Shown here: positions 49,353 through 61,961 of the stretch, piece by piece
Position numbering within the stretch: the stretch's first letter is position 1
Layout: the number at the start of each line of letters is the position of its first letter
Source: Haliotis rubra
Lineage: Eukaryota
Assembly: GCF_003918875.1 (NCBI RefSeq)
Contig: NW_025767045.1
Span: 496,001-560,000, forward strand
Direction: 5' to 3'
DNA: 64,000 nt
Position numbers and translations under genes: made by a program
Notes under the pieces: generated by a model
The model's input: only the letters and a program-made list of their open reading frames with translations
Told to the model about the DNA's origin: nothing
Databases searched by the model: none

Positions 49353-51179
49353 TTTATGTGTGCAGTGTGCGAAATAGATTCCAAAGTTTGCTGGCCAGTC
49401 GGGCTAGCTATGCCTGAAAGTTACTAGCCCACAAAATAATTCACTAGCCCTAAATTTGAATGTAGAAACTAAGCAAAGATGAGAATATGATACTGTCAGT
49501 ATGACACAGGTTTCATCATTAAGATGCTAATATGATGAACATGTTGATCAGGCCATAATCTTGGATGATTTTAAAGTGTATTATAACTTAACAAGTCGGA
49601 GAGAATGATATATTTACAAAATGACCCCCTGAAAATTCACTAGCCAGTGACTGTGAAGATTTATTGTCCCAAATGGATTTTTACTAGCCACGGGCTATTT
49701 CGCACACTGTACATGTGTCTCACCTTCTGCAGAAAATGGACACTAGAGTATAGTGGCCAGTTAATGTAAGACCTATCGATGATGCAGTCTGTCTGAAAAT
49801 GTCCAGACTCCATTATTTACATACTGTCGCCATATAGCTGTCACCAAGTCACCGAACCAGACCACCCGATCATGTTGACAAGCTTGGGTTGTGGAAGAGT
49901 AATTAAAACCTGGTTCTTCATGGATTTAACCAATAATGCATAAGAGTGCAGTCTGCTTATATACTGGACTAAAATAGTTAGGGATCTATGTAAATTTTTG
50001 AAATTATGAATAATGATCTATTTATTCATTGACACACTGATAAAATATCAATCATAAAAATACCAATATCCCTAACTTATTTTGTCCAGTATATGTAGAA
50101 CTAACAACATCTTTAAGTGACACTATAAGTTGTTCACTGGTCTCAAGGGGGACATTGGCTGATGTACCCTCGATGTGTGTTTATGTTCCCTGAGCCTGTA
50201 TTTATTTTACCGAACACCTTAATGGTAATTTTGAACTGTTTGAAGCACGGATATCGGATCATAGTTTGGAGTACCAGACGACAAGACGACATGAAAAACA
50301 AATTTAGAGTTATCTCCCTTCCATCGATTGGCATTCGCAAAACATTGGTAATTTCCGTACATCATAAGTGATTCAATGTTATTCGAGATAAAGAATTACT
50401 ACTACGAAGTACGAAATGAGTTTGGCATTCCCAGCGGGGTACATAGAAAATGTTACTCGCTTGTAAGCAGGGTACATTGAAAATAATGGAAGAGCACTCA
50501 GCCAATCAGAAAAAGACATTTATGTGTGAGGCAAGATAATGCTGTATGTTCTAGTGGTGGTCTGATTAATTGAAACAATGACAAAACAACCAATCAATCG
50601 ATCATGTTTTCTCATAATCGAACACAAACAATTTTGGAACACTTGTTTGCAATAACGATATTTTTCACCAGGTTGTTTTTTTCTGTTACATTTCATTAGC
50701 ACTACAAGCTCTTCCAACTTGATTGAATTTATTTTAAAGACTCCATGAAGTTCATGTTCCTAACATACTAGTCATCCTTCAAAGATGTGAAATTTGCAAA
50801 TGCGTTTTGTGCAATTTGCAAAAAAACGAAAGAACTACATGTTTTTTCTTTATTTTTTGTGCATTAACAAACATAACCAGAAAAATTTAATAAATGACGC
50901 TAACCAATTATTTTTGATGATTGATCGGTTGTAATGAACCAATCATCAATTATGAGATTTAAACCAATTCCCAACACTAGTATGTTCAGCTTAGGTCTAG
51001 ACCATGTAAATAATACTGTGTGTGACTCTCAACAAATTAGGATATTAACTGCTACAATGATATACATAACACATGATCTAGTTGAGTTTGAGGGTCCTGA
51101 ATATAACTGGCTTGGCCTGCCAGCTGCCCTTGCAATTCCTCCTTTAAGGTATTTGTTTACAGCTTTTGTTGTGTTTCAG

Positions 51180-54100
51180 CTAGTGGAGGCTTTGCAGACA
51201 TGTCCAGGAAACGAGGACCAAGTGAATATCGCATTTCAAGTGTACATGGATCTATGTGAAGGTAACACACTGAGATGATAAAGGTCTGAAATGTGTTGAG
51301 AGAAAGGTATTCAGCTATGACTGTGTACAGTGCTTCCGAATGTCAGGGTGCTTTAGTACTTCACACATGTTACATGTGTGATATTAGGGATTACATTTTC
51401 TTAGTAAAGTACAGATTCTAGTACTTTTGTGGGGTTGAGTCCCAATAACACTTAATTATTGACTGACTCCTGGAATCCATAAATTTCTGTTTGATATCCA
51501 CTTCACATCTAAACTATATGATGTACATGAACAACACTGAAAATCTGGACAGACAATCCAGTGATCAATATCATGAGCATCAATCTTTGCAACTTGGATA
51601 CAATGACATGTGTCAACAAAGTCAGCGAGCCAGAGCACCCATTTCTGTTAGTCACCTCTTACGACAAGCATGGGTTGCTGAAGACCAATTCTAACCCGGA
51701 TCTTCACAGGGAGCAGTCAGAATGGTCAATAGGTACAAATGGTCAAGTACATTAGAATTAAGATTACTGATATAGATTTGTAAACTGGTGAACACATATC
51801 ACCTCCAAAAATCATGAAAAACAAGAAATAGTTTTTGATTGGCTTTAACGATGTCAATAAAATCACTTACTCGAGCTAAGGTTTGGCATTGATCTACAGC
51901 AAAGCATGCTTGTCCTAACTGCGGTAAGGGGTGACTGATGGGATGAGGTGATTATACTTACTGATTTGGCAGATGCACTTCATTTGCATACACCCGTGAA
52001 GATCCGGCTTAGAATATTGATCTTCAGTAACCCATGCTTGTCTTAAGAGGCGACTAACAGGATCGGGTGGTCAGGCTCGCTGACTTGGTTGACACATCAT
52101 CGAATCCCAATTGCGCAGATCGATGTTCATGCTGTTGATCCCTGGATTATCTGGTCCAGACTCGATTATTTACCGACCATCACCATATACCTGGAATATT
52201 GCTGAGTGCGGCTTAAAACTAAACTCACTCACTCACTCACTCACTCACTCTGGAAGCCTTGGTGTCTGTGTTAGTTAAGATCACCAAATACATTTTGGGC
52301 AGTGAATACCTTTTTTCAGGGGTTGTGTATTTTTTTTTCTGTTATATGTCGGAATTTTAAGATTGTCCTTACTTTATGGAAATAGTACAAGTCTTTAACT
52401 GAATGGCCTCGTTCAAATTCAAACATTCATTTTTTCCGGGAGTGGATGGGATTTCCGATGAAAAAATGGGAGAGGATTGGGATAGGATTTGGATTTCCAT
52501 ATAGACATACGGGAAGTATGGGATATATATACCCAGGAAAAAACAACCATGCCACCAAAAAGAGATTTGTCTTCGGACCACATCCAAGAAATACGCTCCC
52601 TTAGCGGTCTGCTCCCAGCAAGCTAGGTAAAATAGTGCTTTGGTATTGGGTCCACAAGGCTGTACGAGCTATGGCGAGAGCCTGCTGCAGAACCTTCGAC
52701 CCTCTTGCCTGCCGGCGAGATAGTCCAACATTGCCCTCCAACACAGCTATATTGCCTGCTGCAGAACCTTCGCCCTCTTGCCTGCCGGCGAGATAGTCCA
52801 ACATTGCCCTCCAACACAGCCATATTGCCTGCTGCAGAACCGTCGACCATCTTGCCCGCTAGTGAGACAGCTCCAAATCCGACAGTCCAGGACTTCTACG
52901 ATCATCTGGGGAAGATCGAAGCTCGTGCGGAGCAAAACACGCTGTTGTCGGCTCATGTGGAGCAAACCAAGAATTTGTTGGTCAACATCTTGTCTAGGCT
53001 GGACAATGATGACGATTCCCCTCTTGAAGAACTCCAGGAGGAAATAGAAAGCGTCGAGGAGGAACAAGAAGAGACGCATCTGGATATCGAGAAGTGGACC
53101 TACCTTTCGATAGCTGCCTTGTTTGTCTGGAAGGTCATCCACAAGACCTGGAAGCACAGCACACCGGCCCACATACCGGTCGACAGACAGGCCCAAGACA
53201 GCAATGCCCAAACCAGTTTCCACGGTCCACCCCGGGCACCCCCACTATATGGAGTACAAAAAAAATATTGAGAGAGATGCGATATTTTTTCTTGCAATTG
53301 GAAATATATATATATTGTACATCTGTTTCGAAGAGCATCGTGTGGGTGTGTGCGTTTGTGTGTGTGTCTTTATTTGTTGTTGGGTTTTTTTCTTGATAGA
53401 AGCTATTCCCGCTCAGTCTCTGGGAGCAGCAACTCGACTTCTCGATCGTCTTTCCTTTTTGATATGGGCAAGTGGCAGATTTTGCCAAGCCTGCACAGAA
53501 ACGGTCCAACCACCAACCGTAGATTTTCTATTCTGCCGGCGTCTCGAACCTTTTCTCGTATCTTGTAGCCGTAGACTGGAATCGTTTCTCCAGTCGGCGA
53601 ATCGAGTAGCAGCAACAGTCAGTTCTTCCCTTCGTATTTCACTACAGCAAACTTTTTGCACGCGTAGATTCCTTCCGGAACTTCTGCAGCTTTCCGGTGT
53701 TCGTTGCACGGAGGGGCTGCCACTTCCATATCCTTGGACCCGCCGTAGTTGGGCAAGGGGGTATGCCAAATATTGTTTCGTCCCCGTGGTGGCTCTGCTT
53801 TTCCTGATAGCTGCCGGAAGATACAAGTATCATTCTAGCATGGACAATTGTCCGCCAAATTATCGAGGAGGTGTTGGTATCGCAGGCACCAGAAGAGGCA
53901 GTTGTTGTCGTACAGGTTCTCTATGTTCGAGAGACAGTAGGGGATCGCGATTTCTTCCGGAACCTCGAGTGGGAGTCGCTCCTGGGGTGTGTAGACTATC
54001 GCTTTGTTTTTCCAGAGATTGCATTTCTTGCTGCCGATGCAATGGTCGATGGCGCCACACTTGTATGTAGAGTTGTCTGGTTCGAAGAGAGTGGGCAGTT

Positions 54101-57100
54101 CCGATATAGAGCGGCGAGGCAGTCGGTGCATCGGTTGTGTCTGTCCTTGGGTTCCTGGCAGTTTGCCTGCTGCGGGTCGGTTCGGGTGGGTAGATGTAGA
54201 CGAAATCTACGATTTTGTCATCTACGAATTGGCGAAAGCACAGCAAATAGAGTTCGAGAAACTGGCGAGGGATCTGGTAGCGCTCGTAGAAGGTGTCCCG
54301 ATTTCTCCAGGATTTGTTTCTCTCGGTCGGAAAGCAACACATGGGGACACTTCTCCAGCAGGGTCTCGAAGACTTCTGTCATGTTGGAAGTTGTTGTCTG
54401 TGGGTCGGGGTCTATACCACCTTGGATTCGTGTATATCTGGCTTATGTGTGATATGTGGTACTTCCTCTTTGCTTCCCGAAGGGGACAAACGACTTGATT
54501 GGATCTCGGCATAGGCTTCGAGAGATAGCTTGGTTCCTGGCATTTTTTTTTATATATATTCATACACACGCATATCCCTAATTAAAGTGCACTTGTGTCG
54601 GGAGACGAAAAGTGGTCCGATATAGTTTTGTGTAAAACTTGAATTTTTAAGTGGCTGTGGGATCCGAATTAGCTAGTATGGAGCTTCTAGGCATGGTGTA
54701 CCTATGCGATCCCGTACCGCTATTCCCTATACTACTGTAGTTGCATCCTTAAGAGTTTCACAAGTAAAAATATTATTTTGCACGTCGGCTATCGTTTCAA
54801 ATGAAGCTACGTCTAATTTCCAAATGGGCATTTAAAAAAGTGTCCTTTGTCATCGCACTTTAATTTGCATAAAGCCAAGGTCTGTTCCAAATAAGTCAAC
54901 TTGGACTTAGAAAAAACCCACATTGCTCATTTCTGCACTAATCTCTCCTCTGTAAGGTCCCTTTTTTACGTTTCCTATCTCCCTACCACCGAGACTGTTG
55001 TTAGTCCGAACTTAGTTTAACAGATATGTTACACTTTCACAGATTAACTACATAAATTGTGGATCTAAATGTTAACAGTTTTTTGTCTTTTTCCGACAGT
55101 ACTTTAGTCGCTGGTTAGACTGGTTGAAACTTGATTATTTACTGACACCACATCTCGTGGGAGTATTGCCAAGTACAATGTCAATCAGTCAATAAATTCT
55201 AGATTCACTTTCTTTCTTCCAGCAAAAACATGGCGTAGTGTGGAACTACACCACTGTGAGGCTCTGAACATAATGTTTGTGTCGGCTCGCAGGGGTGAAG
55301 GTCAGCCACGTGAAGTATTCCTGCCAATAGATGTCACCACAACTTTGTCGCAGGAAGACATACACACTCACTTCCAGCACCTGGTCATAGGCGACAAACA
55401 AACACACAGGTATGTTAGGTGCAAGAATATATAGAGAACTTATTACACGAGCAAGTGTGTCATATGACTTATACGAAATGAGTGTGAAATTTTGTATTGC
55501 GAGATCGAGGGCAATACATCATTTAAATGATGAAGTGGAATATACTAAAAAAAAATTGGCAGAAAAGCCCATTTTCATGTGTCGTATTCACAGTAATAAG
55601 CGAACTGTGAGGCAAGAAAATGTATTAACGGGATGCATATTCAAATCATACACAGTAAGTGAAATATGTGCTCAGAGAATGTTTTGCAACTAAGTTTGGC
55701 TCAAAAGAAGCTAAAACATTGTAGAAAATATACTCATATACTATGAAAATTCATTGCGGAAAATTTGGGAAATAAAGTACAGTAAACTGACAGAAAACAG
55801 CAAATTCATTATATGGTTTTAAGGCTTTGCAAAAAATTTGTCCGAGATTGAATCCTCATTGAAGTTGTCATAGCTGGTCTTAAAGTTCCAGTAACCTCAG
55901 GGGAGGTGGGGTAGCCTAATGGTTAAAGCGTTGGCTCATCACGCCGAAGACCCGGGTTCGAATCCCAACATGGGCACAATGTGTGAAGCCCATTTCTGGT
56001 GTCCCCCGCCGTGATGTTGCTGGAATATTGCTAAAAGCGGCGTAAAACCAAACTCAGTCAGTCAGTCAGTCTAGTAACCTCATACTTATCAAGAGCTAAT
56101 ATCACCTATGTGTTTCAGGGTAGTAACAAGACCATTCTGTACTGCTATTTTCTGTTAACAAATCAGGAACATACACAAGAAAACATGGATGTCATCTCTG
56201 TATGCTGTCCACCTGGACTGTCAAAAACTGAAATTTTATAAATTCGATGTTTCGGGTATTACGTGTTTTTAGAGCATTGATCCACTCCACTGCTTTTCGA
56301 CAGTCCGGGTGTGAGCCCTTTGTATTATAGGCTTTCACACGTGTAAGAAACACTTGTTGTTGGGTTGGCATTTGAGACTGGATATTTTATCAGTCAGGGA
56401 TATGAATTTTTTATTAAAAATTGAAAATTTATCTTTTACCCATAACACAATTTTTCAGAACGTTATGTTAAACAACCGTCTGGTATGGAAAAGTTGAAAA
56501 GAAATGTTGTTTTGGTTGGCCCCTAATGTATAATACACTGTATTCCCCTGGGTATTTCCAGCCTGACCCTGGGAATGTTGTTTTGGTTGGCCCCTACTGT
56601 ATAATACTCTGTATTCCCCTGGGTATTTCCAGCCTGACCCTGGGAATGTTGTTTTGGTTGGCCCCTAATACCCCTGGTACACTGTATAATACACTGTATC
56701 CCCTGTATTCCCCCCTGGGTATTTCCAGCCCCCTGGGAATGTGATCCTGGGAATGTTGTTTTGGTTGGCCCCTACTGTATAATACACTGTATTCCCCTGG
56801 GTATTTCCAGCCTGACCCTGGGAATGTTGTTTTGGTTGGCCCCTGTACTGTATTTCCATACCCTGGGAATGTTGTTTTGGTGGCCCCCACTGTATACACT
56901 GTATTCCCCTGGGTATTTCCAGCCTGACCCTGGGAATGTTGTTTGTTGGTCATCCCTAATGTATAATACACTGTATGAATGTTGTTTTGGTTGTTGTATT
57001 CCCCTGGGTATTTCCAGCCTCGACCCTGGGAATGTTGTTTTGGTTGGCCCCTACTGTATAATACACTGTATTCCCCTGGGTATTTCCAGCCTGACCCTGG

Positions 57101-57629
57101 GAATGTTGTTTTGGTTGGCCCCTACTGTATAATACACTGTATTCCCCTGGGTATTTCCAGCCTGACCCTGGGAATGTTGTTTTGGTTGGCCCCTACTGTA
57201 TAATACACTGTATTCCCCTGGGTATTTCCAGCCTGACCCTGGGAATGTTGTTTTGGTACAGTGTACTATTACACCTGTATTCCCCCTGGGTATTTCCAGC
57301 CTGACCCTAGAAATCAGTGTTTTGGTGGTCTCTAAGTTGTCCAGCCTGACCCTGGGAATGTTGTTTTGGTTGGCCCATGCTTATCCCTGGGAATGTTGTT
57401 TTGGTTGGCCCCTAATGTATATCACCTGCCCCTGACCCTGGGACCTGATAATACACTGTATTCCCTGGGTATTTCCAGCAGAGGTGGAGAAGAAGAGGGT
57501 AGACAACAACACTTCCAGCACAGGAGGCAGCACCTGTCTGCACAGGCGGAACTCTTCAGGATGGAGAGAGAAGAAAACTCCAGGGCACCTGGCTCAGAGG
57601 GCACATGTGATGTACAGGAATCATCATGA
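51180..57629 (+). CDS. TSEN15: tRNA-splicing endonuclease subunit Sen15-like gene (internal and terminal exons)
   Basis: Exons 51180-51261 (LVEALQTCPGNEDQVNIAFQVYMDLCE) and 55223-55409 (AKTWRSVELHHCEALNIMFVSARRGEGQPREVFLPIDVTTTLSQEDI...) join in frame and resemble the Sen15 pattern QVxxAFxVYxDLxExKxW. The phase-2 donor joins the acceptor at 57300 to give S-LTLEI (cf. Sen15 SFTLAI). The last exon is scrambled in a repeat array; the tail at ~57479-57629 ends at TGA with AATAAA at 57633. A possible first coding exon is ATGAAG|GTAAGT at 46823-46828. Confidence 0.72.
51993..52250 (+). mobile_element. Interspersed repeat family B, well-preserved copy
   Basis: CCCGTGAAGATCCGGCTTAGAATATTGATCTTCAGTAACCCATGCTTGTC... 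through to an (ACTC)n tail. An inverted copy lies at ~51530-51710. Confidence 0.8.
52549..53271 (+). pseudogene. Decayed intronless ORF of unknown family (HTH-like N-terminus, acidic coiled-coil-like middle, short hydrophobic segment)
   Basis: ATG 52549 is in frame with the listed 52705-53271 ORF. Two TAG stops at 52624 and 52633; an internal ~74/73-bp tandem expansion preserves the frame overall. Confidence 0.45.
53403..54543 (-). pseudogene. Decayed, frameshifted coding-like region of unknown (possibly viral or large DNA transposon) origin
   Basis: ATG at 54543 preceded by TATATAAAAAAAA. Fragments MPGTKLSLEAYAEIQ / VVCPLREAKRKYHISH / IENLYDNNCLFWCLRY lie in different frames. GC and CpG content is visibly above the flanks. 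Confidence 0.35.
55899..56071 (+). mobile_element. tRNA-derived SINE (family A), young-looking copy
   Basis: Full length, flanked by a direct repeat AGTAACCTCA on both sides (TSD). Confidence 0.92.
56502..57478. repeat. Minisatellite, 71-bp unit containing the TSEN15 terminal-exon splice acceptor
   Basis: Unit CCTGACCCTGGGAATGTTGTTTTGGTTGGCCCCTACTGTATAATACACTGTATTCCCCTGGGTATTTCCAG (e.g. copies starting at 57161 and 57232). Confidence 0.93.
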
Positions 57630-58189
57630 CTTAATAAACATTCTTTATATATGATTGTTTCTTCCTGTTTACTGAAACAACAAAATCAAACATGGTGGCT
57701 TTAATTATTGCAGCATATTAAATATTTACTTTTAATTACCAGAGTCCCTTTAACATTATGAGACATAAATCCAGGGGAAATGCATGCCTCTTGCTGTTGG
57801 AATAGCTTAACTCATGTGGTGATATTGATTCGGTAGTTACAAGAACATACTTCATTATAGATGATCTGTATCCAAGATTGACAATAGTTATGAAAAGCTA
57901 ATGATTTTACGGAGGTGAGAAAAATGATTTTAGGGAGAGGGGGTCACCAATATTGGACAAGTACTAGGGCGGTCAGCAATTTTGTACATAAAAATATTAA
58001 AGAATTATGCTTAAAACTATGGGAATTGGGTGGTCATTGATTTTGTACATGACATGCAAGGGGGGAGGGTGTGTGTGAATGTAAGGCATGTATTTGCTTG
58101 TCTGTACTTTCCCATCCTCATTAGATTAGTCTTTTCCTATCAGCATTAGTGTTGGGTATTGAAGGCACTGACCTGCTGTTGACTCGAGG

Positions 58190-58350
58190 GTGAGCGAGTT
58201 GGATTTTACACAGCTTTCAGGAATATTCCACCAATATCATGGCAGGGGACACCAGAAATATTCCTCACACTTTGTACCCATGTGAGGATTTGATCCAGTC
58301 CTTTGGCGTGACCAGCGAACACTTTGACCACTAGGCTACCCCACCACCCC
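58190..58350 (-). mobile_element. tRNA-derived SINE (family A), degenerate
   Basis: Reverse-strand consensus match. Confidence 0.8.
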
Positions 58351-58989
58351 AAGTTGACCTCTGTATCACCCCAGAAGAAGGTCTGTGTTACCATGGGTCT
58401 AATTCAAATTCATATTTACCAGAAGCAAAATAAACTTTTGAATATATTCTCTTGAATGCCATAGAATCTGAAAAGCATTTTAAGTATCAATCATGACGAC
58501 TTGAAATAGTTTTGTAAGTATGATGCAAAAACGTCATATCCATAACACAGCTCATGTTCACAACTATAAATATTCTTGCATGTGCCATTGAAGGTTTGGT
58601 ATGAATTAGGGAAAGATGAAAAACATATGTTGTCTGTACAGGATGAGTGCTTATGATAATGAGAAACACTACAAGGGTGTGCATGAAGTGATATTTGCCC
58701 AAGTACAATGCTTATGTAGGATGTGTTACCCACTGCCGTTGAAATGACAAAGAATTAATATAGCGTATGTGCACTAAGACATAGAGGATACTAAACGACA
58801 ATCCGTGTTTTACCTTTGCTATTAAAGGAGTTAATGATTTGATATCAAACGAGCGAAAGCGATTTTGAATCTAAATCTTTCACGAGTTATATAAAAGTGG
58901 TATTTCACGGAAGCGAGTGTATTGTCCAGTTTATTACTCTCCAACATAAATTGACAGACACCATGATGTGAAATTCTCTACATTATTTC

Positions 58990-59470
58990 TGTCTCGACTT
59001 TATGGATGATCAACTTCTTTATTGTGAAGTCAAAATAAAGAAGTTGATCATCCATAAAGTCAAGTTTAGTCATCTGTATACTACCAACTTCTAGAATGCC
59101 ACTTAAACAAATTATCTCTGTATCGTCGCTCTGATTCGGAATCATACATCTTACCAACAATGGCTGCATCATCAGCAAACTTCACATTTATACAGTTATT
59201 GTCTACGCTAGTGCAGTCATTGGTGTATAGTGAACAGTACAGGTGACATAACAAAACCTTGCGGCATTCCTGTATTGGTAACCTCCCTGGCCGAGACACT
59301 GTCGTTAACTTTCACACACTGAAATCTGGCATGGAGGAAATCTCCGATCCATCTGATCAGTTGTGAATTCACTCCCATAGTTTCTTACCATGATGTGAGG
59401 TTGGGTGGTGTTGAGGGCTGAGGAAAAGTCAACAACATTATTCTAATGTAGGACTTGGAGGTCTCGAGAT
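58990..59470 (-). mobile_element. Non-LTR retrotransposon reverse-transcriptase fragment (L2/Rex-Babar-like)
   Basis: Minus-strand LYTNDC...VKFADDAAIVG (FADD catalytic motif), with an upstream VDFSSA-like motif; frameshifted. Confidence 0.75.
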
Positions 59471-59524
59471 GCATGTTATAGAGACTCAGTATAGTCTCTA
59501 TACATGTAATGGAGCTAGCAATAT

Positions 59525-60054
59525 ATCATCATCATCATCATATCATATATACATTTGTATAGCGCCGATATCCAGCTCCGCTCAGCTGCTCAAAGGCGCT
59601 TTGTTTTTCCCTCGTTCACTGGATGTCAATCTCAACGGCACATCGTATTGTCAATCTCAACTCCCTGGGGAGCATACAAACTCTTGCAGCCACTAGGCGC
59701 ACCGAGTTATTGTGGAATTCCCATCCTTACGAGGTACCCATTCACAGCTGGGTGCACTGGGACACATAGTCACAGTACTTTGTCCAAGTTCACTGCACGT
59801 TGCTGTACCCGCAACTGGGTGTTTGCACGTATTCATGTGGCCACCATCTGGTCATATACCTACGGATTCGTGGGTTCTTTTAAGTGCACAGGGTTGTGTA
59901 CTGTACACTAGGGGTTGTGACAACACTGAAAGAGTCTGCACACAAAGTTGACTCCAAGGTTTTTACACCCGGTCACAGGTGGGCTCGATCCCGTCACCTC
60001 AAGCTCGCTGGATCACTAGCCTGGCGCTTTAGCCAGTTCGCCCACCGCGCCCCC
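59525..60054 (-). mobile_element. Longer tRNA-headed SINE (fourth family)
   Basis: Minus strand starts GGGGGCGCGGTGGGCGAACTGGCTAAAGCGCC...GGGATCGAGCCC and ends GGCGCTATACAAATG followed by a (TGA)n-type tail. Confidence 0.6.
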
Positions 60055-60701
60055 AATTTACACTGCCTGTATCCCATTCACGTGTACATTCAGTGTTTAT
60101 AAAGTAATATCTGTGGAAAACTATACATGTATAGGTGTTAGACGATAACAGGACACTGTTATTGGGACAGACTGGTTTGAGACCAAGCACTCGGTCAGAC
60201 GCATGTGTCTGAGAGGCAGGTAATCAATGTTGTCAGCTGAAATTCAGTAAGTGTTCATATATCTTTCATAGCCACGTTTACATCTGACGTTGAAAGCGCG
60301 TGTTATATCTGATGTAAAACATCAACATTGTTTCAACATCTTTATACTCATGGAAACGAATAAGGGAACACATGAAAGTACAAGTGTTCCTTTATTCTTT
60401 TCCAGAATTTCACCCACAGTGCAATACATACCTTGTGAAGAAACCTCGAAAAGAATTTAGGAACACTTGTACTGTCATGTGTTCCCTTATTTGTTTCCAT
60501 GAGTATATATGAAACCACATTTCATTGTCAGTCCGATTAGTCTGTACACGTTATAATTCCATATACATTTGGCTTAGCACGGACCAATGTAAATCATATT
60601 GCTCCCCGTAGAGATACAAACAGCTACGCACGAACGGCACGCACGCTCAGTAAAACACTTAGTCGTAACCGACACGAATGATGTAGACAAATACTTACTT
60701 A

Positions 60702-61956
60702 CAGTACAACCAGAAATTATTGAGAATTAAAAGATTGTATTTTTTTTTTCACTCATTACTCACGTATTAAATGTGAATATTAGCAGAACATAACTCAAAA
60801 TTCAAAGACAGGTGAACAGTTAGTATTTTGTCAAGTCACCATGGGCAGCAATGCAGGCTTCAATGCGGCGGGGCATACTACTGATCAAACAAGTTAGAAA
60901 GTCGTGGTCCATGCTGTTCAAATATCGGACCACCTCTTCTTTCATTTCAGCAATATTTGTCAGATTTTTCTTCTTGATACTTTCCTTCATAAGTCTCCAA
61001 ACATATTCTATTAGATTTAGGTCAGGGCTTTAGCTAAGCCAATCTAATAATGTCATATTTTGGGTCCGAAACCAGGCCTGTGAATGTTTTGAACGATGTT
61101 TTGGGTCTTTGTCCTGCTGGAAAATCCAAACATTTCCATAGAACACGTGAGCAGATGGAAGTAAATGTCCCTCGCTCACTGTTCATATTCCCTTCAAATA
61201 CACAGAGGGGCGTTGCCCCTAAGACTGATATGCCACCCCACACGTTAAATTTCGGACTGTACTTTGGGCTCTGATACAAAGGTTTTTCAGTTTGTTTGGT
61301 CCAGAATTTCAGTGTATTAGTAACCAGCCACACAGAACCTTCATCTGAGAAAATCACATTGTCCCAGTTAAAATTTCTATGCTGTAAGCACCAGTTCAAC
61401 CTTCGCTCCTTTTGTTCAGGTTTCATGATCAGTGATGGAATTCCTCGACTTTTCTGCCAACCCATTGCATGCAGCTCAGTTCTAATTGTCTCCTTACAGA
61501 CAGCCACACTTCCTCTATCAATCATATCCAGCTAAACTACTTTGTTCGGTTTTAGAAACAAGAATACCAAGCCGCCTCCTGACACCGAAAGTCAATTTTC
61601 TGAGCCTACCTGCGCCTCCCTGGTGCTCAATGCCATATCCATTTGCAATATTTTTCAAAACACGATAAACAGTGGACAAAGGGATGCCTGTTCTACTTGA
61701 AATCACTTTAGCTGTTCTGATGTCCTTGTTATAATACGCTAAATTCAACTTCCTCTTCTCTAAATCATCCATACTGAAAATGTCGTCTGCTAGCAAGTAA
61801 ACAAAGGGGGATAACTCTTCACAAACTAATGAAAAAGGATTAACGGAGTTGTCTCTCTTGAACGAAACCAAGCACTTGATAGCTGGTCAAGGTTGTTTAT
61901 ACTAGAAATCCAATTACACATATTCCTAAAATTCTCAATAATTTCTGGTCATACTA
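60702..61956 (-). mobile_element. Full-length but decayed Tc1-like transposon (~1.25 kb)
   Basis: TIRs CAGTACAACCAGAAATTATTGAGAATT / AATTCTCAATAATTTCTGGTCATACTA flanked by TA. Transposase remnant at ~61772-60820 with HTH, VIFSDEG, VWGGIS, FQQD and SPDLNLIENVW; frameshifts and stops. Confidence 0.92.
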
Positions 61957-61961
61957 TACTT

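Noticed and set aside
53123-54070. 315-aa + strand ORF as a real gene
   Set aside because: Runs through low-complexity (TG)n/T-rich sequence and has an implausible composition; more likely the antisense of the decayed - strand coding region.
55899-55970. tRNA genes
   Set aside because: The tRNA-like heads continue into a shared non-tRNA body and simple-repeat tail, with TSDs, in many diverged copies; they are SINEs.
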